A stretch of 64,000 bases of DNA from Nemertoderma westbladi (lineage: Eukaryota > Animalia > Xenacoelomorpha). The translations under genes were made by a program, and so were the position numbers. The stretch spans positions 1 through 64,000 of the forward strand of contig JAUCBJ010008204.1 of assembly GCA_032718475.1 (NCBI GenBank). The letters are read 5' to 3'. Shown in pieces: positions 62,576-64,000 of the stretch; the stretch's first letter is position 1; each line of letters opens with the position of its first letter. The notes under the pieces were generated by a model. That model was not told the origin of the DNA. It was given only the letters and a program-made list of their open reading frames with translations, and did not search any database.

Positions 62576-62999
62576 GGAACCTAAAAAAATGTATACTTTG
62601 CCTATACAGCTATGTATATCTGTACCCTGCAGCACCGTCTGTACAACTGTATGTACACAGCTGTATACTGATGTAAATGTGCAATGTAATGTATACACCT
62701 GTCAGCCTGTATACTTACCTGCTTCAGGGCAGCAGTGGTTACTGCTGTCAGGCTGTAGGCCTACTCTACTGGTAAAACAGTATAAGATAAGACAGTAAGA
62801 TAACCTCTTACAGTCTTACCTTACAGTCTTATGCCCTATCTCTGTACTGTATCTATCTGCCTATGACAGTCTGCAGTCTGACCGGTGGTAGGGCTTACTA
62901 CGGACGGCCTACTCTAAATCATAAAACGTCAACCATCAACGGCTGAATATTTTGAAAGAATAACCCTGTAACCATCATTTTATTTTGATATTTCCGATA

Positions 63000-63955
63000 A
63001 TGAACGCTGTAGATTCGGACTGGGAGGAGCTAGAGAAGCACAACCGAACTATCGAAGACAATCTCAGGAAGTATTGGGAGCTCGTGGAGGATGTACAAAA
63101 GAACCAGAATCAACTTCGTGTTGAGATAAATGGACAACGAAAGAGACTGCAGAAGTACACGGATTTGATTAAGGTTAGTACTTCAGTACTGTACGTTACG
63201 GTAAGTTCATTTCAGAAGTTGATTGGTAGGCCTAGCTGAGTTACCGAGAAAGATGTAGAAACATCAGACAGAGATACGTCAGTAGGTAGTGTAGTCGTAG
63301 CTCGTAGCGTAGTGTAGGTCTATAACTGCTATCTGCTGACCTGTATACTAGCGAAGCGAACTATGTCGATTAAGTTCTGAAGTTAGCCTATATATCTTCT
63401 CAAAACTTTGACGTATGTTTTTCATAATTAAATAACTTAATAATTAGGTGTAGTTCTGCTCTGCGCACTTGTGTCAAATAGGGCAGTAGGGGACCCTCCC
63501 AATCCATAATCTGCTAATCCTGAAATCACCTAAACTGAAGTAACTTGGGACTTGGGGACTCACTAGTGCCGGTTAGTAAAGCAGTAAAGGAGCAGGTTAC
63601 AGAGGCGAGTTGAAAGGAACCAAAACAATAAACGAAAGTTAGGAATATAGTTATCACACCTGCTAAATTTAAGGATTAGCATGTGATTTAGGATTAGAGA
63701 TTACAGGATTAGGGCGGTCCCCTATTTGACACAAGTGCCGTAGTTAATCTGTTTAAAAATCTAAACTATAAATTAAAGTATCTTTATCTCTGTATCCACT
63801 CATGCTATTTAAGCCTCGCCAATATATTTGTTTGTTTTACAGAACGAGGCTAAACAAGGGAAATCGGTGGAAAATAGTGTGAAGCAGTTAAAAATCCGCG
63901 CGAAACAGAAGAGCTTGGAAGAAGTCGAGATATGGCTTCCTAAGGACAACGGGAG
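63000..63955 (+). CDS. TMEM120: TMEM120 family protein, first two exons (63000-63173, 63843-63955); continues beyond the window
   Basis: DWEEL......I......Y...VE......Q coiled coil; exon 2 ends E.WLPKDNG (cf. EAYLPKKNG); GT-AG intron 63174-63842 in frame. Confidence 0.8.
63465..63738. mobile_element. MITE in TMEM120 intron
   Basis: TIR gcacttgtgtcaaatagg / cctatttgacacaagtgc; internal segment recurs at ~1730-1800. Confidence 0.75.
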
Positions 63956-64000
63956 GTAAACCTTATTACGTCAACTCAAACTAATGCATTAATGGTGCCC

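Overview
Animal (probably bilaterian invertebrate) genomic DNA. Positions 3193-23851 are a complete Bel/Pao-type LTR retrotransposon on the minus strand (GCCTT target-site duplication). A younger, non-autonomous relative (10494-17059, plus strand, TATAC TSD) is nested in its pol. Neither element has a tRNA primer-binding site. Instead, the 9 nt after each 5' LTR are complementary to a 9-mer inside its own LTR, with three compensatory changes between the two elements, which suggests Tf1-like self-priming in a Bel/Pao lineage. The outer element also carries an extra ORF in the env position with a DEDDy (WRN/EXD/Mut-7-like) 3'-5' exonuclease domain and three CCHC knuckles. The inner element encodes a Gag with an in-frame deletion of the capsid. 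The rest of the window is a cluster of largely intronless housekeeping genes (RPL7, MAT, Y-box, RPL23A, SAC3D1, UBA6, MED28, start of TMEM120). Between them are a 27-bp minisatellite, LINE and mariner remnants, MITEs, tracts rich in transposon-footprint-like motifs, and a tRNA-headed element with two hammerhead ribozymes. All coordinates and alignments were read by eye; no database searches were run.
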